DNA of 64,000 nt from Octopus vulgaris (GCA_951406725.2 OX597823.1:1860001-1924000); one strand, 5' to 3'. Shown: positions 1-12,094, counted from the stretch's first letter. Translations and numbers: made by a program. Notes: generated from the letters alone by a model not told the origin.

Positions 1-189
1 TTGTGAAACATCAGCCATTACACTAGTCATACCTGACTGAAAAAAAAAAACGAATGACCAAATACATGTTGATTCCTTTTTTATCAATTATTGATATTAT
101 TGATTATACACCAATTGTTACCATTGATTATATAACTGTTGATATTATCGATGCTATTGTATAACCATTGATATTGCTTTACAATTATT

Positions 190-790
190 CATGTCCACCT
201 TCCGTGCGCTTGCTTTCCGCCATTTCTCTGCAGAACAATTTCTTGGGGAATCGCGTGTCGGGCATTCGAACAAGATGGCCTGTCCAACCGAGTTGCGATC
301 TCCTCAGCAATGTGTAGATACTTGGCAGATCAGCTCGAGAAAGGACCTCTGTGTCTGGTACCTTGTCTGGCAAGATGAATTTCGACAGCTTTTTCAGGTA
401 ATTCATGCAGAAACGACTTAGGCGTACAGCAACGTAAGCAGTAGAACTCTTGGTACTCCTTCAACTTGATGGCCAGCCTAATGCCCCTCCTCTCCCACAC
501 TGACTTCAAGGACTCGCTCAGCCTTGAGATCAATCTCGACACCGAAGAAACGCAAGCATGAGACCGTCCTACCTGACAAAGCAGCACCGACAGAGGCGCC
601 ACCTCCCACGAACAGAATAGGATCGCAGGAGCACAACGGACTACATAAACCCAGAGCCAACTTAAGTCTCAACAGACCACCAGTGTCCAACCCGTTGCCC
701 AATGCACCGGGCTGACTGACCACAGCCGGGCACACTCTGATCCCTCTTCTCCCGGGGCATGACGTTGGTCATCGTCATCGAACCAATAAT
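190..790. mobile_element. 5'-truncated RTE (BovB-like) LINE 3' end with an inverted 5' segment (190-505 minus, 505-790 plus)
   Basis: Minus part encodes VWERRGIRL..KLK and DKVPDTEVLSRADLPSIYTLLRRSQLGWTGHLVRMPDTRFPKKLF..KRTEGG. Plus part continues FKDSL..EINLDT into the decayed C-terminus and 3' UTR. Confidence 0.8.
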
Positions 791-1199
791 AAAACAGTTC
801 TTCATACTGTTGTGGAACCCTGGATATTTACCAAAATGAGAAACGCAAAGGTTTCTGGTAGTTCAGTTGGTGTCCTTCAATAATATAAGACGAGTGGGAG
901 ATGATTGCAGGCCACCGCAACCATGACCACCATCACCAACACCACAAGGATATGATACTAATCTGACGAAGAATGTTGTTTGCTTTCATTTCTTAGCAAA
1001 AACCTGTCCTGGTCAGATTTGAACTGTCACAGACTCAGAGGATCATTGCTGCAGCTGGGTCGGATCCTCACCATTCTTAATTTCATTGTGACAACCTTCT
1101 CTACTTAGAAACAACAACAACTGTGATATCGAACACTTCCCACTGCGCAGTGACTCCTCCCCGTCATCTCCCACCCCCACCCCACCCGTCCTCCTCCTC

Positions 1200-1580
1200 C
1201 TCTTCCCGCTACTGTTTGGCCGATCATTTTTCTGTCATCGATCTCAAGACGAATGAAAAGACCGGGTTGAAGTGGGCGGGAATCTAAACAAGCAGCAGGC
1301 TCGTTGTGAGAGGAGGGGAAGGAGAGGAGAGGAGTATTGATTGATTGATTGACTTGGCTAATGACGTCATTGATTGTAATAATGGTGGGTGGGGTAAAAA
1401 GGGGCGGGGCTTCGTGGTATGATTCTTACAGAAAAATGGGTCTGAATGTATGAATGATAAGAACGGTGGGGGCGGAGGGTAGAGGCGTGTGTTGGGATAA
1501 GAGTGGTTGACAGAAGCGCAGTTATGATGGCCGCGTCTAGGGACGATGGATGCAGAGACGGAGAGTCGCGCTGACAGAGA
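1200..1580. promoter_or_regulatory. GC/CpG-rich promoter-like island
   Basis: E2F-like GGGCGGGAA at 1274, palindromic CRE AATGACGTCATT at 1360-1371, GC boxes GGGGCGGGGC at 1401 and GGGGGCGGAG at about 1468, in an otherwise AT-rich region. Confidence 0.55.
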
Positions 1581-1618
1581 GGAGGGAGGAATAAAGGAAG
1601 ATAGACTTGCAGTTAGAT

Positions 1619-1766
1619 TGTGTGTGTGTGTGTGTAGGTGTGTAGGTGTGTGTGTAGTGTGTGTATGTGTGTGTGTGTGAGTATGTGTGTGTGTGTGTAG
1701 GTGTGTGTGTGTGTGGTGTGTGTGTGTGTGTGAGTGTGTGTAGGTGTGTGTGTGTGTGTGTAGGTG

Positions 1767-1797
<31 letters not shown>

Positions 1798-1887
1798 TGT
1801 GTGTGTAGGTGTGTGTTGGTGTGTGTATGTGTGTGTGTGAGTGTGTGCGTGTGTGTGTGTGTAGGTGTGTGCGTGTGTGTGTGTGTG

Positions 1888-1921
<34 letters not shown>
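1619..1921. repeat. (GT)n microsatellite, interrupted
   Basis: Directly visible. Confidence 0.95.
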
Positions 1922-1925
<4 letters not shown>

Positions 1926-2079
1926 CGTTTATTGGCAATAATTTCCTCTGTAAGTCATGAAACGCTTGTGTTTTTCTGTGAACATCGCCGAGTTCGAACC
2001 TCGCCAGATTCAGAACGATAAAACGAGAACCAGTGAAAGAAAAGGGGAAAAGAACTGACATTCCATCGGTTATGGCGAC

Positions 2080-2300
2080 GAGTGTTCCAGTTGATTGGAT
2101 CAAAGGAACAGCCTGCTCATGCAATTAACGTGCAAATGGCTGAGTACTCCACAGACATGCATACCCTTAATGTAGTTCTCAGGGACACAGAATATGACAA
2201 GGCTGGCCCCATTGAATTACAGGTACGACTCCTTTTTGCCAGCTGAGTGGACTGATGCAGCGAGAAATAAAGTGTCTTGCTTAAGGACACGATGCGCCGC
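2080..2300 (-). mobile_element. tRNA-derived SINE, family B (other copies about 35925-36140 minus, 45380-45700 plus)
   Basis: Shared block TTCCAGTTGAT..AACAGCCTGCTCATG..TGGCTGAGTACTCCACAGACA..GCCAGCTGAGTGGAC. The 45380 copy keeps a tRNA-like head. Confidence 0.8.
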
Positions 2301-2394
2301 CTGACTGCCTCCCATTACAAGATTATGATTTTGTTCCAACTTAATAAACCATTATTCTTCTGAATGGCACCGGCGGGGATGGGGGAAGGGGTGC

Positions 2395-2890
2395 AGAATC
2401 GTAGAAGAATGTTTTGCAGGATTTGTTCTGGTTCTTCACATTCTAAATTTTAATCGAACCCAAATCAACTTCGCCTTTCATTCTTCTTGGGTCTGAGTTC
2501 GAATTCCACTGAGGTCGACTTTACCTTTCATCCTTTAGGGGTTGATAAAATAAGTATCAGTTGAATATTGGGGTTGATGCCATCGACTTGCCCCACCCCC
2601 ACGAAATTGCTGGCCTTGTGCCAAAATTTGAAATTATTATTATTAATAGGGAACTTGAAGAACTATTTTCTCTCTGGACAAAATGCTTAGCGACATTTCG
2701 TCCGTCTTTACGTTCAGAGCTCAAATTCCATCAAAGTCGACTTTGTCTTTCATCCTTTCGAGGTCGATAAAATAAGTACCAGTCAAACACTGGGGTCGAT
2801 GTAACCGACTATACTCCCACACACACACACACACACATATATACAAATAAATTTCAGGCCTTGTGCCTATAATAGAAAGGATTATTATTA
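2395..2890 (+). mobile_element. Tandem copies of SINE family A (Nin-domain-like core)
   Basis: Core GTCGACTTTGCCTTTCATCCTTTCGGGGTCGATAAAATAAGTACCAGT recurs more than 10 times in the window. Confidence 0.85.
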
Positions 2891-3196
2891 TCATGAAGGG
2901 CTGTATAAGTAACGGGATCAGTAGAGCTTCACATATCATACTTTGCGCTCTTAAATTACATTATTTCCGTTCTCAGTCCAAACTTGATAAAATAATTACT
3001 TACGAAACCACGGAATCTGTCTGGTAGACTCTCCACCACAGTGTGTGTCTGTGTGTCGTTGCTAGAAACCAGGGATAAAGGCGGGTGCGGTCAGAAATGG
3101 TAGAATACCGGACAAAATATCCCATAATGCTTTGCTCTCAATATCTAAGATCAAATCTTATCACTGTCTACTTTGTCCCCTCGAAGGGTAAGAAAT

Positions 3197-3420
3197 GGAG
3201 GCACGTGGCTTAGTGTTTAGGGTGTGGGACTCGTGTTTGTAAGATTGTGGTTTCGATTCCTGGACAGGGTGGTGTGTTTTGTTTTTGAGCAACACACTTC
3301 ATTTCACGTTGCTCCCGTCTACTCAGCCGGCAAAAATGGGTAATCCTGCGACGGAGTGGCTTCCCGTCCAGGGTGGGGGGAATATATACACCGCAGAAAC
3401 CTGGAAAACAACTTTATGAG
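3197..3420 (+). mobile_element. tRNA-derived SINE (relatives at about 41350-41600 and 41705-41890)
   Basis: A-box TGGCTTAGTG and B-box-like GTTTCGATTCC followed by TTGAGCAA.ACACTTCATTTCACGTTGCTCC. Confidence 0.7.
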
Positions 3421-3521
3421 TCTTACATGAGTCTCATATGAGTCTATATGAGTCTTTAGAACTCGGGAAGGATATAAACAGGCGTGAAAAGAACTACGTG
3501 TCTCAAATATAATCTTTCTCT

Positions 3522-3737
3522 TCAGACCAATTCAAATATATTTGAGAGATGTTTGCATCCGCGAAAAGCTTTCCATTTCGGTCATGGAGTAAAAATTCCC
3601 GCTTAAGACAAAAAAATGTATAATAACTTAAGATCAAACTTTTTTGAGTTTTGCGAGAATTTTTTCTCTGTGACAAACCGCAGTGAAAAGCCTTTACAGG
3701 TTCAAATCCATCTCAAACATATTTGAACAGGTCTTGA
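3522..3737. mobile_element. Fold-back MITE-like element
   Basis: TCAGACCAATTCAAATATATTTGAGA pairs with TCTCAAACATATTTGAACAGGTCTTGA. Inner AAAATTCCCGC/GCGAGAATTTT also pair. Confidence 0.7.
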
Positions 3738-3992
3738 GGTTGTATACTTGCCTTCAATGCTTCGTGCATTGAACTCACATAAATCTTTTACGTAAATTTT
3801 GGTGTTAAACCAAGTGACGTCATCACTGGGCCTCAGCTTCTGTCGTCAACAAAACCAGTTTAAAGTAATTTTGAACTTGAATAAAGACAGCAGGTGCTTA
3901 TGTGAGTGCATGAGAGAGGGGAGGGGGTTATAAATATTTTAAAATATATACACATACATATACTCGTGCATAAATGTATGTGTGTATGTACG

Positions 3993-4038
<46 letters not shown>

Positions 4039-4039
4039 C

Positions 4040-5130
4040 TAAATGAAGAATAGGTGATTGCAGCTATACAACACATAGCTGACTCTATCCATAGCAGTAT
4101 AAAGGTTACCGTAGACTACCCCTCTAAACACCACAGTAATAGATTACCTGTCCTAGATACTGAGCTGTGGATAGAAAATAGTATGATTAACAGAACTGTT
4201 AAACCCTGTTTATTCCACTCAAACTATTGTAAACCTATGGCTAATCCACTGGTAATCCATAGTGGTCCAGCGATGTCAAGTACTACCAAGATCAACATCC
4301 TCGTGGCAGACTTAGAGTTATGAGGAACGTGTCCCCACTATGCCAACCACAAGAACGACAGCAACACATCCAGCACTACATATTCCGAATGCAACGTTCC
4401 GGATACACACAGTACGATAGAATCAGGGTGTACAAAGGAGCGAAAACAAGATTCGAACGCATTCTAAGAGATAGCGAAAGCGGTATATGCCCCCTAAACC
4501 GCAACAAGTTCTGGAATAGGTTAGAGAGAGACCCCAACAAAAGAAATAAAACCAATACTTGGTATGATAGCAAGAAATTTCACAGTGTAATGTTTGTTGA
4601 CGCCACACCTAAGAACGAATTGTGTAAGGCATTCAAGAAAATCCTGCACACAACTGACTTTATGATTAAAGTTGTAGCAAAGACAGGTAGGACTATCAAA
4701 TCAGTATTATGTAGATCATATCCATTTGATAGAATCACATGTCAAAATAATTGTGCAGTATGTTCTACAAACCCAGATGTGAACTGCAAAACCAAGAGCA
4801 CTGTAGACCAAATTAAGTGTCAAGAAGGAGCTTGCGCGACTAACCCAGAGTCATACATAGGTGAGACTTCTAGGAGTATCAATGATAGGTTCAAAGAACA
4901 CCTGGACAACTACATTGAAAAGAAAGCAAACTCCATCTTCTATCAGCATGCTGTAGACTGCCACAAGGGCTCCTTAGGGAGACTTAAGTTAAACATCTTA
5001 TCCACACATCCCACTGATGCAATGCTGAGACAGGTCACGGAAGCTGTCTGTATACAAGAATACAAATCCACTTTCAACCGTAAATCCGAATGAGGTAACA
5101 TACAGACTCCACTCGAGAGTACCCCTCTAT
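4040..5130 (+). mobile_element. Penelope-like element fragment: RT C-terminus, Cys-rich linker and GIY-YIG endonuclease
   Basis: ORFs 4054-4323 (TVDYPS..RLPVLDTELW) and 4320-5093 (CQNNCAVC..C, QIKC..C..YIGETSRSINDRFKEH..RQVTEAVCI..FN). Confidence 0.9.
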
Positions 5131-5135
5131 AGCAA

Positions 5136-5138
<3 letters not shown>

Positions 5139-5210
<72 letters not shown>
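5139..5210. repeat. (CT)n microsatellite
   Basis: Directly visible. Confidence 0.95.
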
Positions 5211-5216
<6 letters not shown>

Positions 5217-5550
5217 CATGTGGAAATCCATACATACATGTTGAGATGCATGATACTAAAATACATATATGTAGTTATATATAACCGTATGAGCGTATAT
5301 AGTTTGATACGTATGTACGTATGTGTAGATGTATGTGTGTGTATGTGTTGTGTGTTGTGTACGTTAGTGTATGAGTATGTACACGCATGCACGTATGAGT
5401 ATGTGTGTAGATATATGTATGTATTGCATATGTATGTGTGTAAAAAATAAGATTTTAAAATATTTTAAAATACTAAAAAAAATTTTTTAATTAAAAAAAG
5501 CAAATTTTAATTTTAATCGTTGTCCTTGAAAATAGTATCATATATATATG

Positions 5551-5830
5551 TATAGGGGAGAATTCACTAAAAAAGCAAAAGACGAAGACAAGTAAAGTAG
5601 ACAACAAACAGATGTATTAGTTTAACGCTCGGGAAGTGAAAAAGTCTTTAACGTTTCGAGCCTACGCTCTTCCACAGAAAGGAACACGGAAAGAAACAAG
5701 GAGAAAATAAAGAATGTGTAGCGGCTAGCGATCTATCATGGCGATGCCGGACAGAAGGGTCACACAGGAGAGCTAAGGAGAAGGGGAGAAAATAAAGTAG
5801 TGGTGATCCCAAAATGAAGGTGTCCGTGCG
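5551..5830 (-). mobile_element. Penelope-type terminal repeat with minimal hammerhead-like motif at 5646-5681 (inverted relative at about 19625-19815)
   Basis: Minus strand: CTTT-CTGTGGA-A-GAGC(GTAG)GCTC-GAAACGTT-AAAG. Abuts a (TA)n tract. Confidence 0.65.
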
Positions 5831-6449
5831 CATGTATAAGAGAGTTTGTATGTGCGTGTGGAAGAGGGCTGGTGATATTGGCGTGCGCGTGTGTATGTGT
5901 AGGTGTGAAAATGTGGGTCTGGGAAGTGGTCAGTGCTGGTGCGTGCGTAGTGGTGTATTGTGAAGGGTATATGTGTGTATACTTTAAGATTATACGTATA
6001 TTTGTGAGTGTGTGTAAGTGTCTATATGATTGTGAGTACTTGTATATATGTATAAGTAAGGTTATATGTGCATTTAAAGAAATAAGAAATAAAGAAATAA
6101 AGAAATAAGAAACGTTAGAAAATAGCCCCCTGTGGGCAATAAAGAAATATGGTTATATGAGCATATATGCATACACACACACACGCACACATATATATAT
6201 GTGTGTGTCTATATATATATATATGTGTGTGTCTACACATACACACACACGCACATATATATATATATATGTGTGTGTCTATATATAAGCATATGCATAT
6301 GCATGTATATGTGTGTATACAACCTTCAACAAAGTAACAGTCATGTATAAAACTTGAGCAGACACATATCAGTACATAAACATACGTTCACATTTACATA
6401 CACGTGTACACACACACAAACGCGTCTACTCACTTACCTAAATACTCAC

Positions 6450-6485
6450 TTACATACATACATACATACACACACACACATACAT

Positions 6486-6516
<31 letters not shown>

Positions 6517-6745
6517 TACATACATACATACATACATGCATACATGCATACATACATACATACATACATACATACATACATACATACATACATACATACA
6601 TACATACACACACATACATACATACATACATACATACATACATACATACATACATACATACATACATACATACATGCATACATACATACATACATACATA
6701 CATACATACATACATACATACATACATACATACATACATACATAC
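6450..6745. repeat. (TACA)n microsatellite at the 3' end of the adjacent RTE
   Basis: Directly visible. Confidence 0.95.
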
Positions 6746-7085
6746 ATGATGGCTGCCCCCTCGTTATCGAGTATGGCCATTGCACGAAGCTTAACTGTTA
6801 CTGGTGCTGTGATCGAATGTGACTTTTTAGCCTAGCTAAAGATCTACAATGTCTTGTACAAAATTGGCAACTAAAACCTTTACTGGTAGTAGCCGGCTGT
6901 AGTTGTAACTGGGCTTCATGTACCTTTGCATGTCGTTTAAGTCCTCCTGCCGTAATTACACTCTCTTCCATATGCCCGACAGATATGATTAGTATGGTGT
7001 CTAACACCAACACCAGTGGCCAGGTTGTCACTCTTCTGTCTCGTTTTATGACTACGGAGATGACTCTTGAGTCCAGTTTTACTTA
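6746..7085 (-). mobile_element. RTE-type LINE 3' end encoding three C2H2-like fingers
   Basis: KTGLKSHLRSH, HICR..TAGGLKRHAKVH and FSCQFCTRHCRSLARLKSHIRSQH, then a 3' hairpin and GCCATC(ATGT)n as in the RTE at 27325. Confidence 0.7.
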
Positions 7086-7479
7086 CATACATACATACAT
7101 GTGTATAGGCATGCGCATGTACACATATGCATACGCACATACATGTACACATACATACATACATACATACATACATACATACATACATACATACATACAT
7201 ACATACATACACACATACATACACACACATACATATGTACACATATATCATGAACTAACTGTTACTTTCTCAGATGCAGCACGGAATTTTGTCAGTGAAC
7301 AGGGTGCGGCTTCAAAGCGACGAAAATATTTTGGAAAATTAAATTTAAATGTTGAAGTGAATCTTACGGTTTTTGTGTGATTTAAATGGCTTATAAACAC
7401 CTTCCACACTGCAACTATTTTCGTTCCAGCACACGATCTCAGATCAGGTCACTTGCTATGCAAGTACATCTCCGTATTA

Positions 7480-7523
<44 letters not shown>

Positions 7524-7524
<1 letters not shown>

Positions 7525-9022
7525 TAGCATTATGACCCGTCGTTGCCGGGTCATTACATCTACATCTATATATATACATCTACACATAAAATACAAAATA
7601 CAAAGTTATATCTTGATATCGCTAGTGATAACAATACTCAAAATATATAACAGACTGGAATTGTAGGCCCGTCTCTTGCAATTTCGATCAATTGTATCTT
7701 GTCCTCCCTCTTGTATAGAAGTGTGGCTACAATCCAGCCTATCTCTACTTCGGGGAGGGGGACATTTTTAATTTTTATCCGGGACGTCCTATGTCCTAGA
7801 TATAAAGGTAATAATAAAATATTTCCACTTTGCAAGTTCGAGTCGAGTACTCCCTTGCACGCTCCGTTGACTCGAACCTTGCTTCTGTTGTGGCGAATTT
7901 ACCGCCTCTGGTTAAATATCTTTCATAGTCGCATCAAGACACTTTTTCCTCCAGGTGTTCAAATCTTTTTTTTTTCTCTACATTGTATACTTTATAGACA
8001 ATAGTCTTTTCTTTAATTTAATTTTTTATTTCGTTTGGTGGTGTTATCCTAGATTCACCGTCTTTGTCGGTGATCAATCCGTATTTCTTCCATTTTAATT
8101 TCAATGAGTTCGCGCCCACCGACGGCTGTAGCGAAATTGATTTTTGGACTTTCTTCTATCGAAGGCATTCTAACAAAAATGCTTCCGTGTAAACGGGGAA
8201 AATATTGTCAATTTCCCCAAACAGGGACACAATTCAATTTTTAAACAATAACCAAAGCTCCTTCTCCCAAAGGGGGAGGGTTACAGTTTACAATTATTTA
8301 ACAAATGCAACACAACAATGTTTCCTTTACCAGGAAACAACAAACGTGATAACAATAGTTAAACAGTAATAATAGTAACAACAAACCTTACGATGAATCA
8401 GAAAGCTGTAAGCAGTTGAAGCTTTAGTCCTTTATGTATAAGAAATAAACCACAGCAGTACTCTGTAGAAGCAGCTGTTCGAGAAAACAGATATTACATA
8501 CAGCCAAACTTCATATAGTTACTTAAAGCTAGCTAATTAGCAGATAATCTAATGTAAAAGCACAGCTCCATCTGGACTATTCCATTTCTGCACGCTAATC
8601 TTAATTTATTCCCATTCATGTGAAACCACTTATTCAAGTTCAAGTCATTGATGCAACTTTATACCAATTGCTATTTTTACTTTTGTTATGTTACGATTAT
8701 ATTATACTTTAGTTTGATTTTAATTATTACTTACTACATATAATTCAATTTTTATTACTATTTTTATTGTTAAAGTGAAAGTATCTGACATAAAATAGAG
8801 AAATGTTTTTGTTTCACTTTTAACACGTAATACTGAAATAGTGGAGAAGATATGATATTGCTATGGGCTCGCCCTAGGCAAGAAGTTGAACATTTTTTTG
8901 CCCATGAAACTAAATGGACCCTAAGTAAGGCATGTGTAAAATTTGAATGAAATTGGTTGTGTAGTTCTCAAGTTTAGGGAAACAGACAGACACACACATT
9001 CTCAGTTTTATATATAGAGAGA
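7524..9022 (-). mobile_element. Non-autonomous Helitron
   Basis: Minus strand starts TC(TC)TATATATAAAA and ends with hairpin ATGACCCG-GCAACGA-CGGGTCAT then CTAG, between host A and T. Confidence 0.75.
7660..8150 (-). pseudogene. Probable L1/Tx1-type ORF1 fragment inside the Helitron
   Basis: LLPLYLGHRTSRIKIKNVP.PEVEIGWIVATL. A related decayed fragment lies at about 33900-34330. Confidence 0.45.
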
Positions 9023-9039
9023 TGACCATTGCGAAATAT

Positions 9040-9129
<90 letters not shown>

Positions 9130-9178
9130 ATGATGCAAACAGGGAGAATAGAACTTAAAACATGAGTTTATGTATATC

Positions 9179-9298
9179 TTTATTAATATTTAGCAGAAGT
9201 AGCAGAGTGACTCGAGGTCCGAGAGTTTCATGCATTGTTTGATAATTGCACGAAACTCTCGCACCTTGAATCACTCAGTTCTGCTAAACATTAATAAA
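9179..9298. repeat. Imperfect palindrome (fold-back) of about 120 bp
   Basis: TTTATTAATATTTAGCAGAA..GAGTGACTCGAGGTCCGAGAGTTTCATGCA pairs with TGCACGAAACTCTCGCACCTTGAATCACTC..TTCTGCTAAACATTAATAAA. Confidence 0.85.
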
Positions 9299-9299
9299 C

Positions 9300-9460
9300 A
9301 CACACACAGACGGTGGTCTTCTTTCAGTTTCCGTCTACCAAATCCACTCGCAAGTTTTTGGTCGCCCTTAGGCTGTAGTAGAAGACACTCGCTCAAGGTA
9401 GCTCCGAGTGGGGCTGAACCCGGAACCATGTGGTAAAGAAACAAGGGCGTATACATGTCT
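9300..9460 (-). mobile_element. SINE family D (copies about 11155-11285 minus; 32865-33180, 39520-39930 and 43740-43870 plus)
   Basis: Shared GTGAGTGGATTTGGTAGACGGAAACTGAAAGAAG and CCACATGGTTC head. Confidence 0.8.
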
Positions 9461-10045
9461 GCATACATGTAAACGAATATGTGGCGCGTGTGTTGAATCT
9501 TTCAGTAATAGTTTTGGATTTCATTGAAATAATATAGGATAGCTTCCGTTATTCGTTTACTTTTCTGCAACCGTGTGTTAACTAAGATCAGTTAAAATTG
9601 GTTTAGTTTGATTAGAAGAAACAGCCATTAACCGTGAGAGGGAATTGAGATGACTCTCCGCCCGGCATCCAACCGTTCGCCTACATTTAATTTCACCAGA
9701 GCTTTGCTAATTGCTCTCACATGCTTCTTGCCATCCATAAATTTATATCGAATTCCATGTGTCCTTCAAAGAGTCTATTTCATTGGAGAATTCACAATAT
9801 TTCCATCTCTGAATCGGTTCTAATCTTCGGCTTCGTTTGGTTTTTCTGGTTTCAAAGACATGCATAGGACACCCATCAGTTTCCTTCATTTGTTTTTGCT
9901 ATTTTTTTTTTTGCTTTTTTCTCTCTATTTCAATATTGTTCAACATAATCGATAATGTGATTATTTAATCTTTTTATGGAATTCCTTCCAAGATGTCTTT
10001 TACCATTCTCCTTCTTTTACTTGTTTCAGTCATTTGTCTGCGACC

Positions 10046-10240
10046 AACTTCTTGCCTAGGGCGAGCCCATAGCAATATCATATCTTCTCCACTACGATTC
10101 TCTAAAACTTGAGAACTACAGAACCGATTTGATTCAAATTTTATACATGCCTTACTTAGGGTCCATTTAGTTTCATGGACAAAAAATGTTCAACTTCTTG
10201 CCTAGGACGAGCCCATAGCAATATCATATCTTCTCCACTA
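10046..10240 (+). mobile_element. Permuted fragment of the same Helitron family
   Basis: Reverse complement of about 8838-8980. A 50-bp block CAACTTCTTGCCTAGG..TCTCCACTA occurs at both ends. Confidence 0.8.
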
Positions 10241-10807
10241 TTGAAGAGAGTTTTTTAGACGAATGAATTGACCCAAGTACTTTTTTTAAAGTCAGGTACT
10301 TCTTCTATCGGTCTCTTAGGTCGAATTGCTAGGTTACGGGGACGTAAGCACACCGTCACCGAATGTCAAACGATAGTGAGGGACAAACACAGACAAAGAC
10401 ACTCGCACACCCACCCACACACCCAGGCATATACATATATATCGTTAAGCAAATATATTCTTTGAGAACAAAGTGTACTGCATGTCAGGTAAGTGCTTTT
10501 ATAACTTTTAAACAACACCTTTATCATTCGATTTTAAATAACATCTCTATCATTCGATATGCTACACAGAAATTCATGCTTTTCTCTGACGAGTGGATAT
10601 ACTTCCTAATAATAGTTATCAACTTTGCATTTCATTTCGAAAGGGGGTTCAATCATGAAACGATCGTAAGATCTCTCAAATCTTTTAAAATAAGGATAGT
10701 TATACTTTATATTTTTATTGTTTATATTATGGACGTTTCTCTACTGTGATCTTTATGATATATGTTTAAGTTTTCCTACTTTTACTCTCTAATATATATA
10801 TATAGTT

Positions 10808-11020
10808 AAAGTTAATCCAAACATGAAAGCACAAAGAGAAAACAGAACAACGCGAGGACGTGGAACAAGTATAGTGTTATTGGACGCTCAGGAAAGGAAA
10901 GAAAGAAGGAGGATTTAACGTTTCGAGCGGGGCTCTTCGTCAGAAACATAGGAAAAGGAAAGATCCAAGGAAGAGAAGACAGTGGGAAAAAATCGCCAAC
11001 GATGCACACGCGGTCACATA
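10808..11020 (-). mobile_element. Penelope-type terminal repeat (second copy about 23725-23935)
   Basis: Two homologous copies, each abutting (TA)n and carrying a hammerhead motif. Confidence 0.7.
10913..10947 (-). ncRNA. Minimal type I hammerhead ribozyme motif
   Basis: GTTT-CTGACGA-A-GAGC(CCC)GCTC-GAAA-CG-TT-AAAT: intact core, palindromic loopless stem III. Confidence 0.7.
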
Positions 11021-11062
11021 TTGAATGGAATATATACATACATACATACATACATACATACA

Positions 11063-11108
<46 letters not shown>

Positions 11109-11329
11109 AATTAAATTAGAGATAAAACCATATATATATATATATACACACACACACGACAGCCTTCTTTCAGTTTCCGTCTACCAAATCCCGAAGCTAT
11201 GTCGGAGACACTTGCCCGGAGTGCTACGCATGTAACCATGTGGTTGTGATGCAAGCTCTTTAGCACACCTCTGCACCTGCTCCTATGAAATATCTTCATA
11301 TCCAGATGTTGGTCTGTGTGTGTGTGTGT

Positions 11330-11400
<71 letters not shown>

Positions 11401-11921
11401 CATCACCGCCACCAACATCCTCAAAATGATAGCCTGCTGTTCAGTGATGCATATGGATGTATTTGATTTTCACCAAGACAAAAAAAAAAACCATCGATCA
11501 AAACAAAGACTACCTCAAGGTTAAAGAGGTTCACGAGGCCGGAGTTTGCCCGGAATTTCAAGGCGTTTAAGCATAAGAGGGGACAATACTGACCCCTGTA
11601 GAGGATGTAGAGTCTGTCGCAGGGTTATCCCTCAGCTAGCACCGGTGCTTTCGTCCTTCTGATGCAATGTAAAATGGAGTACATTGATTAAGGTACTTCC
11701 CGGTCGGAGAATCGAGCCCCTGACCTAACGATTTCGAGTCCAACACCCTAATCACTGGACCACGCATCTTCACAATCATCGGAAATGGGATGCTGGTCAT
11801 TACACAGTCTACATCTGCCGTTAACACCACTGACGTCCAACATAACGAACCAGCAAAGAATTAGGTGCCACATTTGCTACCAATAGGATTGCTTGATTGA
11901 ATATAAACTCTCTTCTGGCAT

Positions 11922-12094
11922 AGCAACTACTACTACTACTACAACTACTACAACTAAAACTACTACAACTATTACTATTACAACTACTACTACAACTACT
12001 GCTACAACTACTACTACAACTACAACAACTACTACTACAACTATTACTACTACAACAACAACTACTACTACTTCTACTACTACTACTACAACTA

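Noticed and set aside
828-990. Minus-strand Trp-rich frame MKANNIL..WCW*WWSW with an internal TGA (possible readthrough or selenocysteine)
   Set aside because: No homology or SECIS recognised; the Trp run comes from (TGG)-like repeats.
963-1000. CTGACGA cores at 963 and about 10586
   Set aside because: No correctly placed GAAA or stems, so not hammerheads.
3197-3265. tRNA-like sequences at SINE heads
   Set aside because: Degenerate and fused to SINE bodies; not functional tRNA genes.
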